Shown here in pieces: positions 18,230-28,644 of a stretch of DNA of 64,000 nucleotides. Source of the DNA: an uncultured Candidatus Rokubacteria bacterium (lineage in GTDB: Bacteria > Methylomirabilota > Methylomirabilia > Rokubacteriales > CSP1-6); NCBI GenBank assembly GCA_963754315.1, contig CAVWFS010000019.1, forward strand, positions 352,001-416,000, read 5' to 3'. The stretch's first letter is position 1; each line of letters begins with the position of its first letter. The translations under genes and the position numbers were made by a program. The notes below the pieces were generated by a model. It was given only the letters and a program-made list of their open reading frames with translations, ran no database searches and was not told the origin of the DNA.

Positions 18230-19828
18230 ATGATGGATCCCGTCACGCTCGAGGTCTGCTGGAGCCGTCTCATCGGCGTCGTGAACGAGCAGGCCGCCAC
18301 CCTGCAGCGTACGTCCTTCACCTCTATTGTCCGGGAGGCCGGGGACCTCTCGGCCGGTGTCTTCGACCGGCGCGGCTACATGGTCGCCCAGGCGGTGACG
18401 GGAACCCCGGGCCACATCAACTCCATGGCGCTCGCCATGGGACACTTTCTGCGTGCCTACCCGCTCGAAACCCTCGAGCCCGGTGACGTCCTCATCACCA
18501 ACGATCCCTGGCAAACGTCCGGGCATCTCAATGACGTCACCATCTGCTCGCCGATCTTCCGCGGGGACGACTGCGTGGCCTTCTTTGCGTCGACGTGCCA
18601 CACCGCCGACATCGGCGGCCACGTGTTGTCGGCCGAGGCACGTGAGGTCTACGAGGAGGGGCTGCAGATCCCCATCATGAAGCTCTACGAAGGGGGACGG
18701 CCCAACGAGTCGCTCCTGCGGCTGGTCCGCGCCAACGTGCGGCTGCCCGAGATGGTGCTGGGCGACTTCCATGCTCAGATCGCGGGGGGCGCGGTCGGTG
18801 GCACGCGTCTGCTGGAGTTCATGGACGAGTTCGGCATGACACGGCTGGAACCGCTGGCCGACGAGATCATCGTCCGTACCGAGCGCGCCATGCGCCAGGC
18901 CATCCGCGCCCTGCGCCCTGGTGTCTATACCTACGCCATGACGTCGGACGGGTTCGACGAGCCCATCACCATTCGGGTCCGCTGCGAGGTCCGCGGCGAC
19001 GAGTTGCTCGTCGACTATGCCGGCTCCTCGCCGGCCAGCCGCCGCGGCGTGAACGTGGTCATGAACTACACCGAGGCCTACACCACGTACGGGGTGAAAG
19101 TGATCATCAGCCCCGACGTGCCCAACAACGAGGGGGCGTTCCGCCCGTTGCGTATCACCGCCCCCGCCGATTCCATCCTGAACGTGCAACGACCCGCCGC
19201 CGTGGCCGCTCGCCACGTGATCGGTCACTTCCTACCCCACGTGATCGCAGGCGCGCTCGGTCAGGCCGTGCCGGACCGCGTGATGGCCGAAGGTTCGGCC
19301 AACATCTGGGGCATCCAGGTCTCGGGTAAGGATCGGGCGGACCAGCCATTCACCTATATCTTCTTCGCGTCGGGAGGTACCGGAGCGCGGCCGACCAAGG
19401 ACGGGCTGTCGGCCACCGCCTTTCCCTCGGGCGTGCTCGGAACCCCGGTCGAGGTCATCGAGAATCTGTCGCCGTTGCTCATCGAGAAGAAGGCTCTCCG
19501 TGAGAACTCCGGTGGTTCCGGCACGTATCGCGGTGGACTCGGCCAGACCATCGCGTTTCGCGTGCGGAGCCGGGAGCCAGTGATGTGCTCCCTCCTGGGC
19601 GATCGGACGCAGCGACCGGCGCAGGGCTTTCACGGCGGCGATCCGGGCGCGCGAGGGGAGATTCTGATCGACGGCACGGCGCCGCTCAACGCCAAGGCCG
19701 AACAGACCGTCGCCCCCGGCGTGCTGGTGGAGGTGCGACTGCCGGGCGGGGGAGGCTACGGATCCGCTGCCGAACGCGACCCTGACCTCGTGGCGGCAGA
19801 CCTTCGGGAGGGTTACGTCACATCCTAG
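18230..19828 (+). CDS. Hydantoinase B/oxoprolinase family protein (HyuB-like)
   Basis: MDPVTLEV, RTSFTSIVREAGD, NDPWQTSGHLND and PGGGGYG motifs. Confidence 0.9.
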   Translation: MMDPVTLEVCWSRLIGVVNEQAATLQRTSFTSIVREAGDLSAGVFDRRGYMVAQAVTGTPGHINSMALAMGHFLRAYPLETLEPGDVLITNDPWQTSGHLNDVTICSPIFRGDDCVAFFASTCHTADIGGHVLSAEAREVYEEGLQIPIMKLYEGGRPNESLLRLVRANVRLPEMVLGDFHAQIAGGAVGGTRLLEFMDEFGMTRLEPLADEIIVRTERAMRQAIRALRPGVYTYAMTSDGFDEPITIRVRCEVRGDELLVDYAGSSPASRRGVNVVMNYTEAYTTYGVKVIISPDVPNNEGAFRPLRITAPADSILNVQRPAAVAARHVIGHFLPHVIAGALGQAVPDRVMAEGSANIWGIQVSGKDRADQPFTYIFFASGGTGARPTKDGLSATAFPSGVLGTPVEVIENLSPLLIEKKALRENSGGSGTYRGGLGQTIAFRVRSREPVMCSLLGDRTQRPAQGFHGGDPGARGEILIDGTAPLNAKAEQTVAPGVLVEVRLPGGGGYGSAAERDPDLVAADLREGYVTS

Positions 19829-19849
19829 GGGGGTGCGACGAGCCGCTCG

Positions 19850-21190
19850 CTACACCACCCCGTACTCGCGGAGGCGTCGGTAGATCGTGCGGCGCGAGAT
19901 CCCAAGCGCTTCCGCCGCCGCCGCCTTATCGTCGTTGAAGACAGCCAGCGCCTTGAAGATCAGCTCGCGCTCCACCTGTTCCAGCTTTGGTACCGACCCC
20001 TCGTCGGCGATCGCCACGACCGGAGCTCGGCCCAGAGTCGGCAGATCGGCCAGGGTAATCTGATCGCGGACCCCCATGGCGAACGCCCGCTCGACGATGT
20101 TCTCCAGCTCGCGCACGTTGCCCGGAAAATCGTGAGTCACGAGAGCGGCCAGCGCCTCGGGCGAGATACCGCGGACCGTGCGTCGCAGCTTTGCATTGAA
20201 GCGCCGGATGAAGTGGTGAACCAGGGCAGGAATGTCCTCGCGGCGCTCGCGGAGCGGGGGGAGGCTCACCCGCACCACATCGAGCCGGTAGTAGAGGTCC
20301 TGGCGGAGCGCCCCCTGCGCCATGGCCTGCTCGAGATCCCGGTTGGTGGCCGCGACAACTCTCACGTCGACGGGAATGGACTTGCTCGAGCCCACCGGGC
20401 GCACCTCCATGTCCTGGAGGACGCGAAGCAGCTTGGCCTGCAGGGTGGTGGGAAGTTCCACGATCTCGTCCAGAAACAGGCTCCCGTCGTTGGCGCTTCG
20501 AAACAGCCCGGACGAATCGGATACCGCCCCCGTGAAGGCGCCGCGCACATGGCCGAACAACTCCGACTCGATGAGGTCAGCCGGGATGGCGCTGCAGTTG
20601 ACGGGAATGAAGGGCCCACGCGCGCGGGGAGACAGCCGGTGGATTGCCGCGGCTACCAGCTCCTTGCCGGTGCCGCTCTCGCCTTCGATCAGCACGGGGC
20701 AACCGGTGGGTGCGACTTTCGCGATGATGTCCTTCAGGCGCCGCATGGGGGGCGAATCGCCCACCAGCTCGTGCAGGGTCAGCTCTTCGCCAAGCCGCAC
20801 GCGCAGCCCCGAAACCTCTCCCCGCAGGAAGCGCCGCTCCAGCACCCGCGCCATGAGGTGGCGCAGCTCCTCGAGGACGAGGGGCTTCGACAGGTAGTCG
20901 TAGGCGCCTTCTCGGAGCGCCTCGATAGCCGAAGAGATGGCCGGGTAGCCGGTCATCATCACCACTTCGGCGGAGGTATCCTGACGCTTGATGTCGCGCA
21001 GGAGGTCGAGGCCGGTCATATCCGGCATGCGAATATCGACGAGCGCGGCGTCGAAGAGCTCCGAGCGAAGCATTTCGAGAGCTGCCGCCCCGGTGCGGGC
21101 GTGCCTCACCTGGTACCCCCAACTACCGAGCGCGTCCTGCAGAAGAGCCAGGAGCGCGGGCTCGTCGTCCACAACGAGGATCTTCGCCAT
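19850..21190 (-). CDS. Sigma54-dependent response regulator (NtrC/AtoC family)
   Basis: Receiver domain, GESGTGKE, GAFTGA, PGNVRELEN and Fis-type HTH. Confidence 0.93.
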   Translation of the reverse strand: MAKILVVDDEPALLALLQDALGSWGYQVRHARTGAAALEMLRSELFDAALVDIRMPDMTGLDLLRDIKRQDTSAEVVMMTGYPAISSAIEALREGAYDYLSKPLVLEELRHLMARVLERRFLRGEVSGLRVRLGEELTLHELVGDSPPMRRLKDIIAKVAPTGCPVLIEGESGTGKELVAAAIHRLSPRARGPFIPVNCSAIPADLIESELFGHVRGAFTGAVSDSSGLFRSANDGSLFLDEIVELPTTLQAKLLRVLQDMEVRPVGSSKSIPVDVRVVAATNRDLEQAMAQGALRQDLYYRLDVVRVSLPPLRERREDIPALVHHFIRRFNAKLRRTVRGISPEALAALVTHDFPGNVRELENIVERAFAMGVRDQITLADLPTLGRAPVVAIADEGSVPKLEQVERELIFKALAVFNDDKAAAAEALGISRRTIYRRLREYGVV

Positions 21191-21250
21191 GGTCTCCCGC
21201 CACGTATATCACGATCCCGTGCCATTCTGACAATATTGTCGTGGGGCGTG

Positions 21251-21279
21251 TTGCTCTGCAGGGGTCGTCATGCTAGCGT
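21251..21279 (+). promoter_or_regulatory. Putative sigma70 promoter for trxA
   Basis: TTGCTC-17 nt-TAGCGT with an extended -10 TG. Confidence 0.4.
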
Positions 21280-21311
21280 GGTAGCTGAACCTTCACGGAG
21301 GAACAACCCGC

Positions 21312-21641
21312 ATGGCAGATGCCTCGACCATCCATCTGACCGAGCAGACTTTCGACGAAACCCTGTCGACGCACGATGGGATCCTGATGGTGGATTTCTG
21401 GGCTGAGTGGTGTGGGCCTTGCCGGGCCATCGCGCCTGTGCTGGACACGCTCGTCAATGAGTCCGCCGGCAAGGTCGGTCTCGCCAAGGTCAATGTCGAC
21501 GAGAACCCAGGTCTCGCCGCTCGCTATGGGATCCGGTCCATTCCCACCATCCTCCTGGTGAAGCAGGGAAAGGTCGTCGATCAGGTCATTGGCTCCGTCC
21601 CACGGGCCAAGATCAAGGAAAAGTTGGACGCGCTCGCTTAG
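21312..21641 (+). CDS. trxA: Thioredoxin
   Basis: WCGPC active site and GIRSIPT; GGAGG SD. Confidence 0.95.
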   Translation: MADASTIHLTEQTFDETLSTHDGILMVDFWAEWCGPCRAIAPVLDTLVNESAGKVGLAKVNVDENPGLAARYGIRSIPTILLVKQGKVVDQVIGSVPRAKIKEKLDALA

Positions 21642-21760
21642 AAGGTGGGGGCCCTGACATGGCCCCCGACCCTCCATCCGCCGGCGATCTTCTGCCTAGC
21701 CGAGCGGGCGTAGTCTCACCCACTTTCGGCTTGTCTCGAGAGAAACACCCGCTCGGCCGG
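21642..21760. repeat. Family-A-like hairpin followed by a long stem-loop
   Basis: GGGGGCC-CTGACAT-GGCCCCC-GA-CCCTCC, then GCCGAGCGGG...CCCGCTCGGC. Confidence 0.5.
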
Positions 21761-21774
21761 ATCCAACGCGCCCG

Positions 21775-22833
21775 ATGACGCCGTCGGCCCCCAGAGCGAG
21801 CCGCGCGCCGTCCAGGTCGGTCGCCAAGGGGTGTGGGATCCGGGAGCTTGATCTGATTCGCGCGATCAGGAGACGCGTGGGGCAAGAGCCTGGTGTGCGC
21901 GTCGGCATCGGTGACGATTGCGCCGTGCTGGAGCCGACGCCGGGAGCACCGCTGCTGGCCACCACCGACCTGCTCATCGAGGGCGTCCACTTCCGCCGGA
22001 CCTACGCCGCCCCAGCCGACATCGGCTGGAAAGCATTCGCGGTAAACTTGTCAGACATTGCCTCGATGGGCGGACGCCCGCGTTGGGCCCTGGTCGCTCT
22101 GGCCTGCCCCGGCACCACAGAGCCCCTCGAGGTCGAGGCGTTTTACAGCGCTGCCCGGACCTTGGCCGACCAGCACGACGTGGCCATCGTGGGCGGGGAT
22201 ACCTCGGCCTCGCCGAGCGGATGGATCGTCAACGTAAGCCTCCTGGGCGAGGCCGTGCACCCGCCGCTGCTGCGCTCCACGGCCCGGCCCGGTGACGTGG
22301 TTGCCGTGACCGGCCCCCTCGGCCGCTCTGCGGCGGGACTCGCCCTGCTCTCCACACCGACGGCTGCCTCCGGGCTCGTGCCCTTCGACGTCGACGACGT
22401 CACCGGTGCCCATTTGCGGCCGGAGCCGCGCGTGCGCGAGGGACAGTGGCTAGCGGCCGTCGGCGGCGTGACCGCGATGATCGACCTCTCCGATGGCCTG
22501 GTGACCGACCTTGCTCACATCGGTGAGGAGAGCGCGGTGGGTGCGCGCATCGACCTCACCCGCGTTCCCCTGAGCGACTCGGTCCGGCGGGTGGCCGCCG
22601 CCTGTGGCGGCGACGCGCTGGCCTGGGCCACCGGCGGCGGCGAAGACTACGAGCTTCTCTTCACGTGCGGGGCGGAGGACTGGGAACGCGTCGCTGGCGG
22701 CCTTGAGGGTGTCAGCGGGCGTCGACCTTACGCCATCGGCCAGATCGTCGATGCGGGCAGCGGCATGACATTCCTCGATGGCGACGGACACGAGATCTCC
22801 CTCGCCCCCGGTTTCGAGCACTTCGCGACATGA
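21775..22833 (+). CDS. thiL: Thiamine-monophosphate kinase (start uncertain)
   Basis: GIGDDCAV, EGVHF, AVNLSDIASMG, IDLSDGL and GGEDYEL motifs. Confidence 0.92.
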   Translation: MTPSAPRASRAPSRSVAKGCGIRELDLIRAIRRRVGQEPGVRVGIGDDCAVLEPTPGAPLLATTDLLIEGVHFRRTYAAPADIGWKAFAVNLSDIASMGGRPRWALVALACPGTTEPLEVEAFYSAARTLADQHDVAIVGGDTSASPSGWIVNVSLLGEAVHPPLLRSTARPGDVVAVTGPLGRSAAGLALLSTPTAASGLVPFDVDDVTGAHLRPEPRVREGQWLAAVGGVTAMIDLSDGLVTDLAHIGEESAVGARIDLTRVPLSDSVRRVAAACGGDALAWATGGGEDYELLFTCGAEDWERVAGGLEGVSGRRPYAIGQIVDAGSGMTFLDGDGHEISLAPGFEHFAT

Positions 22834-24095
22834 CGCTCGCCGCGCTCACCCTGATCTTTCTCGTCCTTTGCTCGGCCCTCCTCACCGGAGCCGAGGCCGC
22901 GTATTTCTCGCTCGGCCGCAGCCGACTCAAGCGGCTCGCCACCCAGACCGAGGCGGGGGCGCCCACGCTCCTCATCGAGCGCCCTCATGAGCTGCTCGTA
23001 ACCCTCTTGGTGGGGATCACCGTGGTGAACATCGCCGCCGCCGCCATTGCGGCCACCGTCGCCGTTCATCTGTTCGGCGACCGATTCGGCCTGGCCGTAG
23101 AGATCGTCGCCATGATCGTGATCCTGACGACCTTCGGCGAAGTCCTGCCCATGACCATCGCCGTCAAGCGGCCCGAAGCGTTCCTGGCCGTGGCGCGGTG
23201 GCCGGTGGCCTGGCTAGGCGTCCTCCTCGCTCCCGTCCGGGTCGGCCTGGGAGCGCTGACCGCTCTGACCCTCCGTCTGGTGAGCAGCCCCGAGCATCCT
23301 CGCCAGCCCGAGCTGACCGAAGAAGAGCTGCGCACCCTCGTGGACGTCGGCGCCAGCGAGGGTATTGTCGAGGGAGCCGAGCGCGAGATGATCCACAAGG
23401 TGTTCCAGCTCGAGGACACCCAAGTGCGGGCGGTCATGATACCCCGCACTGACATGTTTTGCCTGGACGTGAGCACGGCCCGCGATCAGATCTTGCCGGC
23501 CCTGCGCGAGCAGCTTCACTCGCGCGTACCCGTGTACCAGGGCTCGATCGACGTCATCGTGGGGGTCCTCTACACCAAGGACCTTCTCCCGTATGTGCTG
23601 ACCGGGTTGCCGGCCGACTTCGACCTGCGCGCTCATCTTCATCCACCGTACTTCGTGCCGGAATCCAAGCGGGCCGATCAGCTCCTGCAGGAGTTTCAAG
23701 CCAAGCGCCTTCATCTCGCCATCGTGGTCGACGAGTTCGGTGGAACGGCGGGGTTGGTGGCGCTGGAGGATCTCCTGGAGGAGTTGGTGGGGGAGATCGC
23801 CGACGAGTATGACGAGCCCGAGCGTCTCGTGCAGCGCGTGGACGACAAGACCTACCGGGTGGCGGGCAAGCTGCCCATCGACGAGCTGCGGGCCCTCACC
23901 GGACTCGCGGTGAGCGACGAGAGCTATGACACGGTGGGGGGGTGGGTGCTAGACCTGTTCGGGCGGGTGCCACGCAAGGCGGAGCGCCTGGAGACGGCCG
24001 AGTTCGTGGTCACCGTGGAGAAGGTCGAGCGCACGCGGGTGGTGGAAGTCCTGGTGACCTTGCGCAAGCCCACCCCAGGGGAGGCGGCCGCGTGA
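22830..24095 (+). CDS. CNNM/HlyC-CorC family protein (DUF21-CBS-CorC)
   Basis: GEVLP, VMIPR, HSRVPVY and VDEFGGTAGLVALEDLLEELVGEI motifs. Confidence 0.9.
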   Translation: MTLAALTLIFLVLCSALLTGAEAAYFSLGRSRLKRLATQTEAGAPTLLIERPHELLVTLLVGITVVNIAAAAIAATVAVHLFGDRFGLAVEIVAMIVILTTFGEVLPMTIAVKRPEAFLAVARWPVAWLGVLLAPVRVGLGALTALTLRLVSSPEHPRQPELTEEELRTLVDVGASEGIVEGAEREMIHKVFQLEDTQVRAVMIPRTDMFCLDVSTARDQILPALREQLHSRVPVYQGSIDVIVGVLYTKDLLPYVLTGLPADFDLRAHLHPPYFVPESKRADQLLQEFQAKRLHLAIVVDEFGGTAGLVALEDLLEELVGEIADEYDEPERLVQRVDDKTYRVAGKLPIDELRALTGLAVSDESYDTVGGWVLDLFGRVPRKAERLETAEFVVTVEKVERTRVVEVLVTLRKPTPGEAAA

Positions 24096-25357
24096 CCCTC
24101 ATCGGCCTGGCCATCGTCTGCCTGCTCGCCACCATGTTCTTCTCGGCGGTGGAGATGGCCTTCATCGCCGCCAATCGTCTGAAGCTACGGCACCTCGCGC
24201 ACGAGGGAAACCGGGTGGCCGCCCAGTACCTGGAATCGTTCCGGAACCCCGAACGCGCGCTGTCCACGGCCATGATGGGGGTGACGGTGGCGCACATCGT
24301 CGCCTCCTCGGCCACCACGCGCAGCCTGCTTCCCGTTCTCGGCCACTACGCCCCCCTGGTGGTCACCCTGGTCCTCACCCCTGTGATGCTCATCTTCGGC
24401 GAGATCATCCCGAAGACGCTCGCCCGCGAGTGGGCCACCTCGCTCATCCTGCGCCTGTTCCGTCCGCTCACGTGGATGTCGATCCTGCTCGCGCCCATCG
24501 TGGTGGTCGCCAATACCGTGGTGGGAGGGATCATGCGGCTGGTGGGCAGCGGCCAATCCGATGCGCGCGCGTTTGTGTCGCGCGAGGAACTGAAGGCCCT
24601 CCTGCAGATGGAACCGGGGGAGGCCGATGTGACAACCCAGGAAGCCGAGATGATCGACAAGATCTTCGACCTGGGCGACACCACCGTCCGCGAGGTCATG
24701 GTCCCGCTCGTCGACGTCGTCATGCTTCCGCACACGGCCACCGTCGCGGAAGCGATCGACACCATCCAGCAGCGCGGCTTCTCCCGGATCCCCGTGTCCT
24801 GTGAGCGGGAGACGAACATCGTGGGGGTGGTCACGGCCATGGACCTCCTGCACCGCGGCGCAGAGGTGCGGACGGTGGCCGAACTCGTGCGAACGCCCTA
24901 CTTCGTGCCCGAGACCAAGCGCATCGACGACCTCCTGCGCGAGATGCAGCGGGGGCGCACTCAGCTGGCCATTGTCGTCGACGAGTACGGTGGGAGCACG
25001 GGAGCCATTACCCTCGAGGACATCCTGGAGCAGATCGTCGGCAAGATCGAGGACGAGCACGACCGGGCGCCGGCCGCCGTGGAGCAGCTTCCCGACGGTA
25101 GTTACTGGATCAGCGCCCGCACGCACATCGACGAGCTGAACGAAACCCTCGACTGGCAACTGCCCAAGAAGGATTACGAAACCATTGCGGGGTTGGTCCT
25201 GTCCACCTTGCACCGCATCCCTCGCACCGGTGAGGAGTTCCAGATTCCCGGCTATGCCATCACGGTCCTGGAGGCGGATAGCCGGCGGGTGGTGGCGGTC
25301 AAGATCGCCTCTCTCCGTTCGGCCAGCCCCGCTCCCCGCACGACCGAGCCTCAATAA
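24092..25357 (+). CDS. CNNM/HlyC-CorC family protein, second tandem paralogue
   Basis: [21 protein letters not shown] and VDEYGG motifs; GTGA overlap with the upstream gene. Confidence 0.9.
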   Translation: MTLIGLAIVCLLATMFFSAVEMAFIAANRLKLRHLAHEGNRVAAQYLESFRNPERALSTAMMGVTVAHIVASSATTRSLLPVLGHYAPLVVTLVLTPVMLIFGEIIPKTLAREWATSLILRLFRPLTWMSILLAPIVVVANTVVGGIMRLVGSGQSDARAFVSREELKALLQMEPGEADVTTQEAEMIDKIFDLGDTTVREVMVPLVDVVMLPHTATVAEAIDTIQQRGFSRIPVSCERETNIVGVVTAMDLLHRGAEVRTVAELVRTPYFVPETKRIDDLLREMQRGRTQLAIVVDEYGGSTGAITLEDILEQIVGKIEDEHDRAPAAVEQLPDGSYWISARTHIDELNETLDWQLPKKDYETIAGLVLSTLHRIPRTGEEFQIPGYAITVLEADSRRVVAVKIASLRSASPAPRTTEPQ

Positions 25358-25382
25358 CGCCCATCTCAACCAGGAGGACGAC

Positions 25383-26057
25383 ATGGCAGGCAGAATGGTG
25401 CAATTCCCCACCAATGGCACGACCACCAGCGGCTATCTGGCCACTCCGGCGAGCGGTAAGGGTCCGGGCGTGATCGTGATCCAGGAATGGTGGGGCCTGG
25501 TGCAGCACATCAAGAACGTCTGTGATCGTTTTGCCGCCGAGGGGTTCACGGCGCTCGCCCCTGATATGTACCACGGGCAGACCGCCAGCGAGCCCGACGA
25601 AGCCGGCAAGCTCTTCATGGCTTTGAACATTGGTCAGGCGGAGAAAGACCTACGGGGGGCGGCGGCCTATCTGGCGGGGTACTCGTCCACGGCCAAGCTC
25701 GGGGCGGTGGGCTTCTGCATGGGCGGCCAGCTCGCCCTCTTCGCGGCCACCTTGAATCCCTCGGTCGGGGCCTGCGTGAACTTCTACGGCATCCACCCGA
25801 ACGTCAAGCCGGATTACAGCAAGCTGGCCGGCCCCGTGCTTGGCCTCTTCGCCGAAAAGGACGGCTTCGTCACTCCTCAGGTGGCGAAGGACGTCGATAC
25901 GGCCATCAAGAAGGCAGGCAAGGCGTCAGAGATCCACATCTATCCGGGGGTGGATCACGCCTTCTTCAACGACGAGCGTTCTGACGTCTACAACAAGAGC
26001 GCGGCCGATGACGCCTGGCGCCGCACCCTTGCCCTCTTCCGCCAACACTTGAAGTAG
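25383..26057 (+). CDS. Dienelactone hydrolase family protein
   Basis: QEWWGL, GFCMGG and HAFFND motifs; AGGAGG SD. Confidence 0.92.
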   Translation: MAGRMVQFPTNGTTTSGYLATPASGKGPGVIVIQEWWGLVQHIKNVCDRFAAEGFTALAPDMYHGQTASEPDEAGKLFMALNIGQAEKDLRGAAAYLAGYSSTAKLGAVGFCMGGQLALFAATLNPSVGACVNFYGIHPNVKPDYSKLAGPVLGLFAEKDGFVTPQVAKDVDTAIKKAGKASEIHIYPGVDHAFFNDERSDVYNKSAADDAWRRTLALFRQHLK

Positions 26058-26069
26058 CGCAGTCATGCG

Positions 26070-26109
26070 GACGGCCTCGACGTCTGGCGACCCTCCCTCG
26101 AGGGCCGTC
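26070..26109. terminator. Hairpin between the convergent hydrolase gene and rplQ
   Basis: GACGGCC-TCGA...TCGA-GGGCCGTC imperfect inverted repeat. Confidence 0.35.
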
Positions 26110-26111
26110 GC

Positions 26112-26609
26112 TTAGCCCGAGGCGGTGGCGGCCTGATCGCGGCGACGACGACGGCTGAAGGGGCCACGACCTTCGCCCCGGTCGCGCCGCTCGCGCTTGT
26201 CCTTCTTCTTCTCGTCCTTCGTCTTGCCCTTGGTCTTCTCGGTCGGCGTTTCCGCCCGATCCACCAGCTCCAGCAGGACCATGGGGGCGGCGTCGCCCGG
26301 CCGGACTCCCGTCTTCAAGAGCCGTGTGTAGCCGCCGTGGCGATCCGCGAAACGGGCCACCACCGTGTCGAAAAGGCGCTTCACGACCTCGGGATCGGGC
26401 ACCATGGTCAGGACCTGGCGTCGGGCATGCAGGTTCTCCCGCTTGGCCAAGGTGATCATGTGCTCGGCCAGTCCCCGCACGGCTTTGGCCTTGGCTTCCG
26501 TGGTCAGAATGCGCTCGTGACGAAAGAGGGCAACGAGCAGGTTGCGAAACATGGCCCAGCGGTGCTGGGTCAATCGCCCGAGCTTGAAGCCGGCCTTGCG
26601 ATGCCTCAT
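26112..26609 (-). CDS. rplQ: 50S ribosomal protein L17 with a charged C-terminal extension
   Basis: MRHRK, TTEAKAK and GGYTR motifs. Confidence 0.97.
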   Translation of the reverse strand: MRHRKAGFKLGRLTQHRWAMFRNLLVALFRHERILTTEAKAKAVRGLAEHMITLAKRENLHARRQVLTMVPDPEVVKRLFDTVVARFADRHGGYTRLLKTGVRPGDAAPMVLLELVDRAETPTEKTKGKTKDEKKKDKRERRDRGEGRGPFSRRRRRDQAATASG

Positions 26610-27586
26610 CGGACCCCTCCGCGCCCCGCCAGCGCGCCGAGGACGTTCGGATCGATTCGGAGGCCAAGCGACAGCCCAAGGGCGGCCAGCGCGGTCTTGA
26701 TCTCGTCGATGGACTTTTCCCCCAGATTCTTCACCTGGGCGAGCTCTTCCTCGGTCTTCTGGGCCAGATCGGCCACGACCTGGATATCGCTGTTCTTGAG
26801 GGCGTTGATCGCCCGCGCGGGCAGCGGCAGCTCCTCGATAGGCTTGGCGAGCGCGTCGCGCAAAAAATCCTCGCCGGAGGCGATTTCCGCTTCGTCATCA
26901 TCGTCGCGGGTGCCGGACCGTAAGGGGGTGAAGTGCTCCTTCAGGTACGTGGCGGCCCGGGTCAGCGCGTCATCCGGGCTCACGGCGCCGTTGGTCCAGA
27001 TCTCGACGATCAACTTCTCGTAGTCGGTGATCTTACCGAGCCGGGACATTTCGACGTTGTAGGCGACCCGCGTGATGGGGGAGTAGGCGGCGTCGAGGGC
27101 GAGGGCCCCTGCCGGTACGGCTTGCTGCTTGCGGTCGGACGCCTCATAGCCACGCCCCACACCGATCCCCAGTTCCATGCTCACTGTCCCGTGCTCGATG
27201 GTGAACAGCGGCAACTCGGGATTGACGATCTCCACGTCGATCTCGGGCAGATCAGCTCCCGTCACCCGCTTGGGTCCCTGGAACTCTAACCGGATCACCT
27301 GGGGTTCGCCCGACGGGGATTGGATGGCCAGTTTCTTGAGGTTGAGGAGCACATCGACAGTGCTCTCGGTGACCCCCGGAATCTTCGTTTCCGGGTTCTT
27401 CACCCCCTCGATCTTCACCCAGGCCACGGCGGCCCCGGGAACGATAGCAAGCAGCGTGCGGCGCAGAGAGTTTCCTACGGTGAGCCCATAGCCCTTCTCG
27501 AAGGGCTCCGCCACCAAGCGACCGTAGTTTTCGGTGAGGCTCTCCCACTCGACCTTCTTGGGTTTCTGGAATGGAATGCGGGGCAT
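26606..27586 (-). CDS. rpoA: RNA polymerase alpha subunit
   Basis: EPFEKGYGLTVGNSLRR, WTNG and alpha-CTD KNLGEKS; position in the alpha operon. Confidence 0.95.
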   Translation of the reverse strand: MPRIPFQKPKKVEWESLTENYGRLVAEPFEKGYGLTVGNSLRRTLLAIVPGAAVAWVKIEGVKNPETKIPGVTESTVDVLLNLKKLAIQSPSGEPQVIRLEFQGPKRVTGADLPEIDVEIVNPELPLFTIEHGTVSMELGIGVGRGYEASDRKQQAVPAGALALDAAYSPITRVAYNVEMSRLGKITDYEKLIVEIWTNGAVSPDDALTRAATYLKEHFTPLRSGTRDDDDEAEIASGEDFLRDALAKPIEELPLPARAINALKNSDIQVVADLAQKTEEELAQVKNLGEKSIDEIKTALAALGLSLGLRIDPNVLGALAGRGGVR

Positions 27587-27597
27587 GTCGCTCGCTC

Positions 27598-28221
27598 CTA
27601 CTTGCTGTACAGCTCTACGATGAGCTGCTCGCTCACCGGAATCTGGATGTCCTCGCGCAAAGGCAGGCCACGCACGGTTCCCTTGCGGCCCGGGCCGTCC
27701 AGCTCCAGCCACTGCGGTATCTGCCCTCGCCCCGCGTTGAGGTTGTCGTCCACGCGGGCGTGCAGCTTCGATGTGGGCCGGATGGATATCACGTCCCCCA
27801 CCTTCAGAAGGTACGAGGGAATGGAAACCTTCCGGCCATTCACCTGAAAGTGTCCGTGGGCCACCATCTGCCGGCTCTCCCGACGTGAGGCGGCGAAGCT
27901 CAGCCGGTGCACCACGTTGTCGATGCGCAGCTCGAGGAGCCGGAGCAGGTTCTCACCGGTCACTCCCTTCTCGCGCTCGGCTTGGTGGAAGTAACGGCGG
28001 AACTGGCTCTCCAGCACCCCGTAGATCCGCTTGGCTTTCTGTTTCTCGCGCAGCTGGACACCGTACGGGGTGAGCTTGCCGCGGTTGAGCCCGTGCTGGC
28101 CTGGCGGATAGTTCCGCCGCTCGATCGCACACTTGTCGGTGAAGCAGCGAGCGCCTTTGAGGAAGAGCTTCATGCCTTCGCGCCGGCACAGGCGACACTT
28201 CGCGTCACGGTAGCGCGCCAT
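27598..28221 (-). CDS. rpsD: 30S ribosomal protein S4
   Basis: MARY, CRREG, QLREKQK and IVELYSK. Confidence 0.98.
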   Translation of the reverse strand: MARYRDAKCRLCRREGMKLFLKGARCFTDKCAIERRNYPPGQHGLNRGKLTPYGVQLREKQKAKRIYGVLESQFRRYFHQAEREKGVTGENLLRLLELRIDNVVHRLSFAASRRESRQMVAHGHFQVNGRKVSIPSYLLKVGDVISIRPTSKLHARVDDNLNAGRGQIPQWLELDGPGRKGTVRGLPLREDIQIPVSEQLIVELYSK

Positions 28222-28230
28222 GGTGGCCCT

Positions 28231-28641
28231 CTACACCCGGCGCCGCTTGGGTGGGCGGCAGCCATCGTGCGGGATCGGCGTCACGTCCCGGATGGCGGTC
28301 ACCTCAAGCCCGACCGCCTGCAGGGAGCGGATGGCCGCTTCCCGCCCAGCCCCTGGGCCCTTCACGAAGACCTCGATCGACTTGAGACCGAACTCCATGG
28401 CCTTGCGGGCCGCGATCTCGGCCGCCGTCTGGGCCGCGAATGGCGTGCTCTTGCGCGAGCCCTTGAAGCCGGCGCTGCCGGCGCTGGACCATGCGACCAC
28501 GTTCCCCATCTTGTCGGTGAGGGTGACGATCGTGTTGTTGAAGGTGGCCTGGACGTGGGCGACCCCCGTCCGGACCTCACGCCGTTCCCGTCGTTTGCCG
28601 CCCTTCTTGCGGGGGGCTGGCTTGCTTTGCTGCTCCGCCAT
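28231..28641 (-). CDS. rpsK: 30S ribosomal protein S11
   Basis: [14 protein letters not shown] and RPPKRRRV. Confidence 0.98.
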   Translation of the reverse strand: MAEQQSKPAPRKKGGKRRERREVRTGVAHVQATFNNTIVTLTDKMGNVVAWSSAGSAGFKGSRKSTPFAAQTAAEIAARKAMEFGLKSIEVFVKGPGAGREAAIRSLQAVGLEVTAIRDVTPIPHDGCRPPKRRRV

Positions 28642-28644
28642 TGC

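Noticed and set aside
21642..21830. TPP riboswitch upstream of thiL
   Set aside because: The conserved CUGAGA and ACCUGA core motifs are not present.
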